Shown here piece after piece: positions 10,906 through 25,925 of a DNA stretch of 64,000 nucleotides (within the stretch, counting starts at the first letter, position 1; every line of letters begins with the position of its first letter). A program made the position numbers and the translations under genes. The notes beneath the pieces were generated by a model that searched no databases, was not told where the DNA came from, and saw nothing but the letters and a program-made list of their open reading frames with translations. Source of the stretch: Vermamoeba vermiformis (Eukaryota); contig JBEWZL010000179.1 in NCBI GenBank assembly GCA_045837725.1, positions 124,001 through 188,000 of the forward strand. Reading direction: 5' to 3'.

Positions 10906-12725
10906 TTAATTAGGCCAGCCAAGGGTTTGATACAAATACTGTTTAAACAACATGCTTTCTTGTCTCGGGAAAGCTTTGAGATCGTTAAAATTGAATTGTT
11001 CAATCTCTTCTGCGAGCTTGTGTACTTGGCAATAATACAGATAACCTCTCTTGCTCTATAATATAATTATTAGTATAATTGTACGCTAATCTTAAGACAA
11101 GATTTGAGTTGGATGTACCAAAAAAAACAACTTACCAGCTCTACGGCAATATCAGCTTGATGTCCAGCCATGAGACTATTATTAGGCACGACTATAAGGT
11201 CTTTGCCAGCCTCGAGCACATCCAACACAGTGCCAGCACCTGCGTGCCCAATCACGAGACTGCATCCAGCAACTTCATGCACGAGCGTGTCTTTGTAACG
11301 ATAGATCTCCACATTGAACTTCTTGTTGTTTTCAAATTTGCGAAGTGCCACTGGTTCATAGACACCTTTGCCTATTAACAAGAAAGTTAGCGGATCCGTT
11401 AGATCAGCTCATTTCAATACAAATTTTCGCATAGTAATATCTTATTATATAGCCATCGACTTACCCATTTGCACGTGCATGCCAGTGTAGCCAAGTTTAA
11501 TAAGCTTATCGACAAAATCTTCATCGTCTACTGCGCGGATCAAGTCGTCAAACAGCGTGCTTCCAACAGTCACTAACACGTAGCCTTGACCAGGTGATCG
11601 GGCACGAACAGTTTGAGCGACTTGATTATGATCTAATAGTAATATTAATAGCTATACATCAATTACAACAATAAGAGTGCCGAGCCTAAGTAAAAAAATA
11701 TATTGACACGTGTCATACCTCAAGTGACACGTCATTATATTCATACCTAATGGCAATCTGCCGGTGTATCTCGCGTGTTTGTTGCGATGCAAAAGTGGTG
11801 ACCATTGCACGGTGAAAAGATCAACGAACGGCGCTAAGATCTTCGCGGTGAATGAGAAGTGATGCACGCACGCAAAACTTTCAGCGAGCACTGTCTTGCT
11901 GTCGATGAGACCCAAGTACTAAACATAAGCAAATTAATATGAAAGTATTTCTCATACAAGCGGGTGCTACGTACATTCAAAAACAACGAAATAGCGCAGA
12001 TCGGGACACACGTGCCAGGGCCATTTGCAAGCACCTATAAAAAATAACATTAGTTTAAATAGACTTATATAATAGGATAACAATATTTGCTACGTCATAA
12101 TATGGGGCATAAATGCGAGTCTGAAAAATGACCTACCAGATCCGGTTGGTTTTTGACCACGACGTTCCAAGAGAATAAGAGTGCTTTGAGCGTAGTAAAT
12201 ATAGATGTGATATAGGACTGGCCTACTTCGCGACTGCGGGGAATTCGAATCACTGAGTAGTCTTGAGGCGCTGTACCGTGAGCGGTTTCGAAGGCTTGAA
12301 GTTTGCTGTCAGAACCTGAATCTGTCTGAGCAACTACATAAATGCGTGGACTACGCATTAAATATTAATAATAGTCGTAGCATTGCTTTAAGGTATTCTT
12401 AGTTACCTAAATTGCGTAATATCAAGAGTATTTAAAAATCGGAACATTTCAGCTGTGTGGCCACCTAATAATAAAGTATTAAATATTATTTATCTTCGTC
12501 TTATTGAAATTGCAGACATTATATATTCAATTTCTAAAATGATTAACCAATTTTTAAAATTAATGGAAAAAATTGCTTACCAGATCCGAGCACTATCATC
12601 GTCTTTAAAGGTGCTTTCATTGCTGGCTGACCTCTCCATAATTTTTTTAATCGTAAAATAACAAAAAGTATTAAGACTATGGCTGCGGATACAAATCCGA
12701 CTTTAACAAACAGATGGAGCTGCAT
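10906..12725 (-). CDS. ALG14-ALG13: Fused UDP-GlcNAc transferase ALG14-ALG13
   Basis: TM segment, then MIVLGSGGHTAEM, IPRSREVGQSY and NGPGTCVPI (ALG14), spliced in frame to VLVTVGSTLFDDLI, IGHAGAGTVLDVL and VVPNNSLMAGHQ (ALG13). Confidence 0.88.
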
Positions 12726-12909
12726 TGTGCTTTGATCAAGTGAATTGTTATATCTGTCTTGTCATCCAACTAGATTTATCCTCTATTGTGGTCGGTGACG
12801 TGGCTGTCAAATTGAAAATTCCACGTGCCAAATCCAATTTTTTTATGGGCAGCTATTTTATTGCAGATCAAGCAAGCAAGGCCACACAAGCCTCATATTT
12901 TTATTGTAT

Positions 12910-14711
12910 ATGTCTGTTAGCTCACGTAACACAAAAGCTCCTCAACGTACAATCATAAGCAATGGAAAACTAAGTCTGGTTCAAATCTGTCTTGACAACA
13001 TCGTCAATAATATTGATTATTGGGCGGCTTACTTGGATCCAATAACACTAAATAAGAGCAAATGGATTCTCACGCCCTTTGATGCCTTGCCCGAGCCACA
13101 GCGATTTATTCCTGCTTTGATCTCTAGATTGAGCAAAAAATCAAAACTCAACGAAAGAACGCTCGGAGTATTCTTGATTCATAATTTAGAACACCTCTCT
13201 ATAACAGCACCCTTTGTAAATGATTCTTTCATCGAGCTAATTTGTAAACGGTAAGAGATCAAGATGGACTATTTAGGAAAATAAAAAGAACAAAAACCCG
13301 CGAAATATTTTTACACAGCTAATAACCAAAATAATATTACCAAAATTAATACTAATTTATTTAATTAAAACTAGGTGTCCTGCATTGCGCTACTTGGATG
13401 TGTCAGGAAACAAAAATGTGTCCAACCTTTCTGCGCGGACTATAGGTACGATTTAATAGCCAAATTAATTGAATATTCTAATTATAATCTATAGCGTGGT
13501 ATTGTCAAAATATCGAGCATTTGAATATCTCTGGAACAAAAATGATAGAGCAGGGCGTTTTGCTCTTGATCCGAAAATATCAATCAAATCTCAAATCTCT
13601 AGATGTATCAGGCCTCAATATTACCAATACTACAGGTACGATATTACATTTATAAAGCTGGATCTGCTGTAAAAACTAAATTTTTTAATTTATTTCTAGT
13701 TATGGCAATAGCAGACAATTGCAGTAATTTAGAAAACTTAAGTATATCATCGTGCGAACAAATTGGAGATGAAGGAATGGCATCAATTTTTGCAAAATGT
13801 CACGCGCTCCGGTCACTTAACGCGAGTGTCCTGTGGTCAGTCTCTGATTTTGGAGTCCTTGATCTGGCGCAGTGCAAAGCCCTTACCGAGCTCGATATTT
13901 CCTCTAGCAACGTACGTCATTTCGATTGACACGTGTCAATTTTTCGACACGCGAAGATCCACATCCGCAAGGGTACTTATTGCTGACACTTTACTCAGGT
14001 GTCTGATGAAGTGATTGCTCCGATATTACAGTCATTGCCTGGCCTCGAGAAGCTCAACCTTGCCAACAGTGCGAACATGGCACTGCACAACGTCTTCGCA
14101 GCCCTCGCTCATTGTCCAGCCCTACACTTCTTGGACATTAGCCATCCTCCTCGCGGCACAATGTACCTCGGCCTCCAAGGACTCACGGGTCTCACTGAAC
14201 TACGTGCCCGCTCAGCTCTGGACCACTATTCGCTGCCATCACTGCGCTCTTTAACTGCCCTTCAAGTGCTGGATCTGTCCATGAACAGTGCTGTCGATGA
14301 TGAGACACTGACACCTCTGACCTCGTTATCGTCCCTGCGTCAACTAGATCTCCATCAGAACGAGTACATGAGCTCTCAAGGACTCGCCGCTGTACTTCAA
14401 GCCAACACGTAAGCACGTCAAAGTGACACGTGTCACATCTAACAATCGCTCAATTTAGGCAGCTAGAAGTGCTCGATATTGGTGCGTGTCCACTCATTGA
14501 CACACCACAGCTGATCAACGCCCTCACTGCGCTTAAAGAACTGCGCGACATTAATTTAACAGGCAACAAAACTGTGACCGTGAAACATGTCAATGCACTA
14601 CTCGCACTGCCACTGCTGCAACGAATTAACATTACACGATGCTCATTAATACCAACAATTCAGTGCTCTAAATGGCAAGAACTGTATAAGCACATTACCT
14701 GGATCTACTAA
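12910..14711 (+). CDS. Leucine-rich repeat protein (FBXL/AMN1-like)
   Basis: Repeated LxxLxLxxC/N motifs across exons, e.g. NCSNLENLSISSCEQIGDEGM and LQVLDLSMNSAVDDETL. Confidence 0.85.
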
Positions 14712-14773
14712 AATTAAATCTCATTCAATCACAACAACTGATGAAAGAACCATTTTTGTGTATTTACATGAAT

Positions 14774-17700
14774 TTATTCATCTTTTGGTTTGGGTTCTTT
14801 GAACCGAGGTTTTTTCGGCAGAGTACGCAAGATGAGCCGTTCAGGTGATCGATACAACTCAATTAGTTCACGATATAACGATTCTTCGAGCTCCAAATCT
14901 CCGTCTTGTCGAGCCAAGAAAATATCTTTGCAGAATGTTCTCAACTCCTCCACTTCGTTCATGTCGGTGAACATGATGCGCGTGTATCGCTTGGTCAGTG
15001 CTAAACGAACAAATCGACCCACAGTCAAGACAACACCAACATCTAATGAAGCAGTTAGAATTGTTACAGGATGATTAGGATGTACTACATACATAGACCA
15101 ATAATGCCCTTGGCTGAGAGCAATGACAAGCTAGTTGACACGACGTTTGACACGGCTGCAACTGTCAACTCGTCCGAGGCAAAGAATCCTTCAGGATCGG
15201 CTTCTTGCACGTTCCAATAACGCATGTACTGCGTGACTGGCTTGCCATTGACTGTGATGTTGTACTCTGAGGTGACGAGCTTGAACACCACGGACACGTA
15301 AGACCGGAAGCCCAAAACACTGTCAAGGACATTAGTTTAATGTTTGTGATCGAGTTCTAGGATTCAACTTACCTGATCTGATTTGAGACTGGCAAACGAT
15401 AGAACCGCGGGAACAAGTCTCTAATGACGAATGATTCATTGCGCCCTTGCAGCGTGTCCAAAACACTTGACATTTCTTCTTCAGTTAATATCTTGTAGCC
15501 CTTTGTGCTCAACTCCAAGTGCTGCATAAATGTTAGAACGTAATTCTTGCTAGTAAATTCTATTGACACTTACGTCCTTAGGCAAGTCACGTCTGAAGGT
15601 GAACTCGTAGGTCATTCGTGTAGGAGCACCACGTTCAAGTCTTGCAGTCAATGCTTCTAATGACGGAGCTGTGATGGACCAAACATCGCCCGAGGTCAGC
15701 GTCATGTTCATGATCTGCATGTTGTTCTGGTCGTCCTTCGATAAGAACACGTATCGATGCCGCATGAGCTCAAAGGTCTCGTCGTCAATCATATTTGTCA
15801 TGTCATCTGTTGACAGCCACGCGTCATAGAGCGGACCATAGCCATCAAACGCGAGTGTCGCACCAAAGTACCGCACGGAGTTAGCTTGATTGCCTGGCGC
15901 GTCCTCCATCAGTGCTAACAACGGGAACCAAATCACAGTGACGAGCAATATGAACAGACCGAGGCCAATCAACAACTTGATCCACCAAGGCTGTTTGTCA
16001 CCTGGTCGCCGTTCAGTTCTTCGTTCATGTTCGATACGACAGAGCACGTCAAACATGTCATCGTAAAGGTCTTCAAGCTTGAGCCACTCAAAGAAACTTA
16101 ACGCCGTTGTCGTGGTAGTCCAGTCGAGAAGTGTGCTCAATTCCCACAAGAACGGGATGGCACGGAACACCATGAAGACGATTCTACGTGTAATGCCAGG
16201 GTGATCTTCATCGGTCAAAAATCGACCTTGCGGCACACTTGGATAGCCGTGATAGAGCTGCAATCCAGACGTGAATAAATACGCCAGCTTTAGCATGTAG
16301 AAGATGATGAATGCAGGACTAGCCGTGAATTGCCTGTGAAACAAAAAGTGTCAAAAATGACACGTGTCATGAGGTCACTACAAATGGACTTACAGATTGT
16401 TGATGTAAGGCATGTAGAAGATCAAATAGACGTGATAAAATATCACCATTGAATAATGCCACAACAACTTGACGGTCTTAGCACGGTACAAGAACAAAAC
16501 ACGCTCCACGAGAATGAAGATGAATTGCACGAGAATTGTCATGACATAGATGGTAGGCAAACGATTCTCCAAAATGAACTAGCGATGATCATATTAGTTA
16601 ATTAGGTCTGGCTTAGACAAGCAAAACACGTACGTAAATGATGTTGCCACCTTCACCGCCCGTGAAATCTCCAGGAATGAGGAGCAAAAAGAAGAAACAG
16701 ATGATTTCTGCGAGGAGTTAGTACGATAAACAATGTGCCTAATAAATGACGTACCTGCAATGAACTGTGCTGGATACACATCGCGTCCAACCTTCACCAT
16801 CAGCAGCGTGCCAAAGTGTCTTCGGATCATAATAGAAAGCCCGCAAAGCAGTTTCGGTCGTGATGTTGCGGCAGAGCTTGCAACCGTACTGCATCAAGCG
16901 GAATATCTTCAAATTCGCCTGACTTGGGACTACCAGGGCTCGACAGCAATGCGCTGGTACGTCGTGCGAGTAGGGCTGGTGTAGTGCCTGTCTCGAGGTC
17001 AATGGATATGCCAGGCTGAATTGGATCGCTGTTGCTTCTTTTGCCACGTGGCGTAGTTGGTGCAGACGAGATGAACTGAGGTGTGCGACGCGTGTCACTG
17101 CTCATCGGGAACGGATCATCATTATCAGAACTAGTTCTCTCCTTCTCTTCTTCCTCTTTCTTTTTCTTGTTAAGGTCTGGTGGCTTCGTAAAGTTCCACA
17201 GTCCGTGTTTTTTCAAGTTATGTCTGTGGAACAACACTGACAAGAGTGTCACCAAGTCCCAAAATGCAGCCAAGATGTAAGCCTTGTCAAACTTGTAAAC
17301 TCCGACCAAGAACGGGGCGGAGAACAACCGTGCGTCATTTTGAATATTGCACGTGGGCTCAGAGCATTGTGGCTGTATGCCCCAAATGTGACCTTCGTTG
17401 GCTTGACAGTCACAAAAGATCGAGAATTGATAAACGAACTTGACCACCAAAACGAAGTCCAGATATAATATTACGAAGCGCCAGTAATTCTGTAAATAAG
17501 TAGATGAATGTCATATTTGAAACCGAGTTGTAACTTACGGTGTGAGGACGCGGCTTCTCGAGCAATGCGTACAAGAACATTGTGATTGGCAGCACAATCG
17601 CGAGGATGTTGGCGTGCACAACGGCAGTGAACATCATCAGCACGAAGACCAAGTACTGCGAGTATCGCTGTGACACTTTCTGAAGGCCAATCGCGATCTT

Positions 17701-20700
17701 GGCAAAGCTGGATCGGTTGTACTCGTAGAGGTGCTTGTGATGAGCATACGACAGTCTATCCAGCAAATAAATGAACTTTTCTGTTGCTACTGCAATTGCT
17801 TCAGGTGTCTCGCAGCAAACTTTCTTTGGCTTTTTCTTCGTGTTGTCAATGATCGGCTCTTCAACGATGAGAGAGGCGTTGTCTGGTGTAGTTGTTTCTT
17901 TGCTCCTGCCAAGACTGTCGAGACTGATGTTTAATTCTATCTCCCGCGAGGTGTTCAATGAACTGTCACTTTCGCTACTACAACTCAAACAGTTAGATTA
18001 CACGTGTCATTTATATTTTTTTGTAGAATTTCTTACTCTGAATCGCTTTCTAAGGCCACGAATATCTCAGACTGCATCTCTTGTTTCTTTTTTTCCTCTT
18101 CTCGCTTTTGTTCTTCTTTAGCTTGGTCCGCTGCAGCAGTTGTTTCCGTAGGTAAAGGTAGGCTCAGTCTTGAAGAACTTAATGACTGTAGACGCTTGAT
18201 GTCAATCACTAGATCTGACAAGGCCTGCTGTTGAGATGCAATGTCACCTTGTGGTGCATTTTGAATGTTGGACGTGGCGTTTAACATTGCTGCTTGGCCT
18301 CTTTGTTCGATCATTGTCCACAGCTCATTCTGTCTTTGTCGGCATTCCCTCACTTTGCAAAGTTAATGTCTATTGCGTGCCATGTGTAATACTTACGTGT
18401 CTCCAATTGCTCTTTTCTACGGGCTTTTTGCTCGCGTAACAGATCGAGCTCCTTTATCTTCCTTTCCTTGTACTCGATGTATTTTTTAACGGCAAGTACA
18501 GTCGCTTTTTGTTCTTCCAATTCCATCGCTTTTACCACCAAATCGAACTCTGGTCGCGAATAGAACTGCACTCAAATTAGAATTGAAATGTATCAAGCGC
18601 GTGAAACATACCCAGCGCTGTGCGTGCAACAGCAAGAATATCATGTAATCGAAAACTACCCAGTCCGTTGCCTCGCCTCGCTTTCTAAAGCCAACAATGT
18701 TTTGCCAATCTTCGGGCAAAGTACTGCCCTCGAAGATAGGTGTTTGATATGCCAATCTCACTGTCAATACTGCATAGTTGTAGTATCTAGACCATTGCCA
18801 CAACGAGTCTCTTCGCTTGAAGAACTCGTGACCGGCATAGAGATACAACAGTGAAAAGAGCACGTAACCTACTGACAGGGCATCTGCTTGCACTGTCGCG
18901 AAGACAAACACAATGACCAAGACAAAGTACTGTGAGTATCTGAACACGTTGAATTTGAGCGAGTTGGTCCAATAGCGCGAGTGGCGGGCAAAGTCTTCGA
19001 GCACGTTGGTGCACTCGATGATTGACTGCCAGTACTGTGAGCTTCGTAGATTCTCCAAGCCAGGTTGCAACTTGTAGATGTGCACGAATACATAGTAGAC
19101 CAAGAAATCGACCAACAAGTGATAGCTGGTAGGCAGCTGAATGCCAAGCCAATATTGCCAACTCTCAGGCAGCACTCTCCATGGAGCATACGCCAGATCT
19201 AAATAATGAATATTAGCTACCTACAACGTGGATTAGGAATTGCGTGTCTTACTCGTTGGCACTCCCAAGTTGAGCGCGTATTGGAACACAATGCCAAGCA
19301 TTAAGATCAATGAGACAGCGAACTGAAACACCCTGGTCTCGAAGATGTGTCGTGGGATGGTCACACAGACGCCTAGCAATAAGAGGTAGCCTGTTGCAAA
19401 GACGTTGTAGCGCACTAGAACTGCGATGACAAGTGCAATGAGCGTGCACTGATAGAACGAGACATTGAACAGGTTGGAGAGGTACCACTTCGCGCCTTCT
19501 TTGAACTCGGCACGGTGGAACTTTCCTGTCAATGTCGGTGCAAAGCGAGGTGCGTAATTGAAAAGTGTAATCTCGTATTTGGCTGGAGCTGCATTCCAAA
19601 GTGTCAACTCATCCACTGAGAAGTCATGCGAGTCCGTGGTGGACACATTATCAAGGGCCTAATGAATGTTAGACGAAATGAACGTGTGCTGAATCAAATA
19701 CCGTTTCTTGGCTTACCAGGCTCATTTGAGCCATGTAATCATGCTTCCACCTGCGTGCAACTCGCGACATCATCACGCACAATATAATTGCCGCATAACC
19801 CTTAGAACACATTAGTTTTATTCGTACCGTATATTAAATAAGAATACATACTCCGACCAGCTTAAAAGTCGAATCCTCGATCAAAAGACCAATCCAGCGC
19901 AGCAACGTGGTATCTTCGAGGATTGCACGAGCTGGGAATTGATAAGCCATTTGTGCCAACGTTAATAGCTTTTAACAGAAGTTAGTCCTGAATGATAACT
20001 ATGAACTCTTATTACCATCGAGTAGATCATCAAGAAGAAGCCAGAATCGTCTAGGCCACTTGTCAGAGGCATTAACACCAATACGAGCAATAGATAGAAC
20101 ACATTCAACGCTGATATCGGTGATAAAACAACGATGAAGGTGACAATTGCAGTAAGCTTTTGCGCGTGTATGATAAGGAATCGCTTGGCAATGTTAACCA
20201 CGTGTGGTAAAGCTATTGACTTCTCAAGCACTTGGCGATACTCGCGAGTCTATCCTTTGTTAGTAATCACAATAGTCATCGTGCGTCTTACCTCTGGACC
20301 GTAAAGGAAGGCTTTGTATTGAATCACGCTGAACAAGAAGACACCACTGTTGCCGAGCAATCGCCAGAACAATGGCTCGTCAAATGCGTACAAACCAATG
20401 TCTTGGAGCGAAATAACTGATCGAAGTCTTAGTAAACATAATATTAAGGTGTCCTCGATACTTACAGTCGTTAGGCGGGTACACAGACTGCAACCACGAT
20501 GAAAACTTCTCGAACTGGTAGATGTAGCGCGAGATTAATACCAAGCCTGAATAGAGCACGAGAATGATCCAGAACTTGGAGATGTAGAATGGTGCATCTC
20601 TCGTCTTCATGTGAATGAGCAAGCAAACAAAGGTGAATAACAAGTACACCATGTTGATGATGCTGAGCTGCGTAGTGATGGCAGCGATATAGACCACAAA

Positions 20701-23302
20701 GTAACACACTGTCAAGCCATACTCGTGCCACACGTGTTGAATGGCAGCAATAATGAAATACTGTCGTCGCGGTGATTGTGCGCGCTTTTCCATTGCCTCT
20801 CCTACAAGCGAATGCGTTAGTCTGGATATTTAAAATTCATCCCAACTTACTCTTCTTTCTATTTACAAACGCAATGAGTTGCCATTGAATGATGGCAAAC
20901 AACAGAATAATCAAGTGATATAACAAGCCTTCGAACACGAGATCGCGGTGGTTAAAGTGATAGAGTCCAATCACCCCAGCCATTGGTCCATCAGCTCCAG
21001 GCGTCCAATACAAGTTCCACGAATACACCAATGACACCACGAGGAAGCAGTACAGCACAAGCACGAACCAGAAGCGCTTGGCAAACCTCGGGAATACGGC
21101 GAACAGGATGAAGATAATTACTAACAACATGTTAATATAGCACTAAGATCGATAAAGATACGTACAATATCCTGCGCGAATCAAATTAATGGTAGCCAAT
21201 GATGCCATGTATAGACCTGCGAGCGATAGCTTGTACGAGTTCTCTAACACCCACTGTGCAAATGCTTCTAAAGCACGTTTTCCTTTGCTGATGTGCTCTT
21301 CAGATAACATGTCTGCCAGCATGCCATTCTCGCCTTTGATTGACACGCTCGACTTTAAATCTACGTGTTTTTCCTCGACACTTTTATCTTCATCTTCCTC
21401 GTCCTCCTCGTCTTCTTCGTCTTTTGATGCTACATACAACCGTTAGCCGTACTCTTACTGATTTTATGGAGTCCTTACGCAAGGGCTGCAATTGATGAGA
21501 ATCCTGCGAGTCTGACAAATCACCTGCGTCTTCTGAATTCGCGTCCAATATGCTGCGATGATAGCACGTCAAGATGAGGATGTAGAACGCCCAGCACTGT
21601 AGACCGAGCCACAGCCAAATAGCATCGAATTTAACGAGGCCAAACGTAGCCCAACCCGACGACTTCACATGGTTAGTACAATTAGACAACTGACTTTGGG
21701 CACTTACGTTTCCATCATTAATCGGAAGATTGAAAAGGTACTGCGACACGAGCCAGACGGCGAAATAACATGCCAATGAAGGCAAGAACTTGACACGATC
21801 GAGTTGTTCGTGATGACTAACTGCACCAACGAAGACAGCCAAAAGCAAGACAAATCCGAGAAATGATGGCACGAGCAGTGCTACTATTAATAGCACCACG
21901 TGGCAGAGTTTGCGCCCATGCCTTCCGAGGAACTTTTGCACCTTTTCTTCTTTTTCAACGACTCCAGCATTCAAGTGCGTGCTGTACCATGCCGAGGTCT
22001 TAGTTTGGAAAGGTGCCGGATATAATTTTACAACCATAAATTCGCGGAATCGATACGACAACTACGTCATAAGGGTTAGTGGACATTAGTTGGCAATACT
22101 AAGTACATACCAATACGAACAATAATAACGTTGCTATCCATCCAGCAGCCAATCCAATAAACGCAAAGCTTGGTTTGAATTCTGTATAGTGAAACAATCC
22201 AAATATTTGTCGTCCATTAAACGACGAGTTGTCTCTGACCCACGGAATTTGAAAGGTGTAAATTACAATAATATCGATTGTCGTGTAAATAAGTAGCCAT
22301 ATCCAACATCTAAACATCAGTATTAACACTATCACACTATAATTTAATGGTAATGACTTACTTCTCTACGATCGAATTGATATTTAGGGTCATGAGTCCT
22401 TTGTACAGCAATATAATCAAGAATGCCATGAAGAACACGAGGTGCATAAATGATGAAAAGCTAATGCCGACTAAAAATAACGTGCACAATATCGCTACAT
22501 CATTGACAGCTGGCAATTTGTGGTGCGTTGGTCGATCAAAATCTAGTTCGATTTCGTTAATACAATGGTGCTATTATGCTTCATTAACGTACTCCTTTGT
22601 GAGAATATATGTCCATTTTGAAATAATATCAGCAATAATGTGCTTATAAGCAGCACTGCAATGTCGGGAAGAATGTACTGTGCGGCTTCATCAGAAGTTT
22701 GGATCCTGCGTGAAATTTAGGAATTACAATAAAATATTATTATACTTATGATACTCACTTTGGAAACCCGATAAAATCAAGGCTATCAGATCCGCTAAGG
22801 CCGGCAAGGTGATACAGTGATTGAAATACAATGTGCCCGAGGCACACAACTACGCCAATGAAGAAAATAAACGTCGCCAATGCTCTTCCAAATGATTCTG
22901 TATGAAATTTGATAAATACGTAATTTACGAAATTATTGCAGATTTTCAAAAATTAATTGAATATTTTTTTCCGATAGAACTTACTTCGAGCCTGCAACAA
23001 GTGATGCGGCATCCATAAAATATTGCAGAGAAAGCATAATAAATAAATATATGATACAGCGCTCACTCTGCTCACAGATGCTGATCACAAACGGTTAGAA
23101 TTGAATTTAAAATTGAAAATAAATTATAATTTCGCAAAAGAGTACCTCCTAATAATGTAATTGGCAATATCCATTGATAAACAAATAAATAAGCTCCACT
23201 AGTTTTTCTGCTATTGATCGGATTTGATAGAGCCCGAAGTCGTGCTAGGAACTTTGACCTTCCTCGAGCAGACTTGGCCCATAGGTTGCGTAATTGTTGC
23301 AT
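14774..23302 (-). CDS. PIEZO: Piezo-type mechanosensitive channel (multi-exon)
   Basis: Many 4-TM units; the PFLWELSTLLDW..TALSFFEWLKLEDLY motif; C-terminal IGLYVGVVLTVGRFVR..DIFLARQDGDLELEESLYRELIELYRSPERLI. Confidence 0.95.
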
Positions 23303-23485
23303 AATAATATTAATGTGATGATCATTGTGCTGCGGTCATTTACCCGCGATGAAAAATAAAACCTCATACGAACTCACTTAAAATTCCTTGCAAACCATTT
23401 ACAAGCGGCAAAATGCACACGATGAACTCTGTTTATTTATTTATTATCGGATTAGCTTTCATAAAAAGCCTCAAAGCAGCTGGTC

Positions 23486-25331
23486 CTAATTGATACCATG
23501 TTTGCGCAATGCTCCGTTCAACACAGTTTGAGCCTCATTGTTGTGATCCTTCATCATACGAGTAATATCTCTCGCTGTACCCGCTATATTCGAAACTCAG
23601 TACACTCGAATTGATGCAAACCACAGTTCAACTTACCTCTAACTTCCCTGCGTTTAGCCTCGTTTTGGATGTAACTAAAGAATTGTCCTGGAGTGTACTT
23701 AATGTCGACCAAGTTGTACGTCTCAGCAGTGACTTTCACCTGCACATAGGTCAGACTATCGTTCGCTTTGTAAACACTTTGTACTTACAGTCATGCCAAT
23801 AACAATGGTACGCAGCACATCGGGGTACTTGAACTTTTTGTACATGTCAGAAATTACTAGCTGGTAGGAAGCGAGTCCAATTTTTCCCTTCAGAGCAGCG
23901 ACTTTCGGGTCTTTCCTAAACCGAGAACAATTAACGTCAGTTACTCCTTACTGAGGCTCATTTAATGGTGAGTGCACTCACAAGAACTCGGCCTCCATTT
24001 TACGCTGGACCGCGATCGGGGAGAAAGCATGATAAGCCATGAGATCGTCGAAGCTGATCGCACCATCACCGTCCATATCCACCAAGGCAAACACCACTTT
24101 GGAAAGGTCAGATACCGTCGAATCTACAATCATTTGCGCAATATAATTCCACTTACCCGCATCTCTATTCGGGTTGCTCTGATAAGTGTCAGTATAAGTG
24201 AGGGCTCTCGACACCAAGCTATAGCCGAGGACGTAATTGGGCAACGTGATCACTCCTTCTTTTTGGCAACCAGTAATAACGAGCATCACGCGAGAGAAGT
24301 AATCGACCAAATCGGCATCGGTGACAATTTCTTGGACGATTTCCCGAGTGAAACCAGTCATATCATCAGTGGCAGAGAGAATGATCTATTCACATCGTTA
24401 GCAATGGTAAAAAAAGCCGTATTGAATTCTTACGATTAATTTAAAAATGTCCCAATCAACCAGTTTTGCCATCTTCTTTTTGTCGTCAATAGTGTCCGAT
24501 CCACCAGAAACTTCGCGGAATTGTGCGATAAAAGCATTAGCCCGTTCCAAAGGCACTATGAAACAGTTAGCGGTTGAGATCGACTCCGCATCTCACTCAC
24601 CATCAAGTCGAGTTTCGATCTTAGTGCGTGACTCGTCGTCAAGTAATAACTGAAATTATATAAGTTACAATTAGAGGCTCGGGTAATGGATCTATTGTTG
24701 TCTCTTACCAGCAACGGATAGTTAACTGTGAGGTGCAATTTTCCCGTAATCTTCTTCGCCTCCTTCTCGCTGGTTTTAGGGCCTGGTCCAAGTTCAAGAA
24801 CGACTTGTACATATTCTTTCTTTTCTTTCATAAGTTCTTTTTTGAGATCGATCTCCGCGTGACCCACTTTTAAACTGTTACTACAGAACAAGCGCTTGAC
24901 TAAAATACTTACAAAAATCCTTTCCGACCAAATCTTTGTCGTAAACATCGAAGCCGATCGTCCATTCTTGTTCAGAGAGTGAAAAGTCCCTACAAAAGTT
25001 TAGATGAAAAGAAAATTTAATTTTAAGGATTAATTAAAACTAACCATGAAGCTCTTTCGTTCCAAACAGGGTCCTACAAAGAAATTGGTTACGAAAGAAT
25101 CAAATCTAAAACGACTAACTTACCAACGTTTTCTGGATAACTTTTGTCTTTCGAATTTGTGCACCCGGTGTTAATCGGCCAAAAGAAACGTAAGGATCGG
25201 ACTTTCCTGCAATATTTTAATCATTACAGGTAATTTGATATGTTTTGCAATTCCAATTTACCGTTAGAATCCGCGGCTCGAAGTCCCTCAGCGCGCACGA
25301 TCGTGATAGATATGTCGTAGACCCCACTCAT
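23486..25331 (-). CDS. C2-domain protein with EF-hand-like motifs
   Basis: ITIVRAEGLRAADSNGKSDPYV..KTKVIQKTLDPVWNE (C2); DMDGDGAISFDDL (EF-hand-like); ends KHGIN* (TAG). Confidence 0.8.
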
Positions 25332-25925
25332 TTATATTACTTGACGTGATAAGATCAGTGGAAAAGCACGAATTACCTTTTTCCAAATTTTTAACCATTA
25401 TGGTTTTTTGTGCACAAAAATCATCCAGAATATAAATGGTCGATCAAATCAGTAATGAAGAGTACACTTACTGCAGTGTGTTTGCATTAAGAAGAAAAAT
25501 TTTAAGGTCCAATGTGAAAGCAAAAGGAATTCCTTTAGAAGATCGATCGGATCGCCATACAGTCGCACCACTTGGTGGATATTATGACGAATATTCGATC
25601 ACAAAAAGTATAAATATCGTTCAAAGGTTCGCATAACCACGAATCCCTTCATCGTCAAGCAACAATGGCAGCAAACACATGTGTTTCCAAATTACGACTC
25701 TAAGCAGGCCGAACAGAGCACCAGCGCAGTATCCAATCTGTACGCGTACCTAACATTAGCACCTTCTTCTATTTAAAGTACTTTGTGAAGTATGGCAGGC
25801 TCGTAGTCCGGAACTATTTTTGGCCGGTTGTCGTAGTGCGAAGATTATTTTGTGTCACCTAATAAATACAGTTTGTTAAATTAGCGGAACATATTTAACA
25901 CAACAATAGATCCGAATATAACAAA

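Noticed and set aside
25436-25810. Short ORF or ncRNA between the C2 gene and the carboxylase
   Set aside because: No recognisable protein motif, splice model or RNA family signature.
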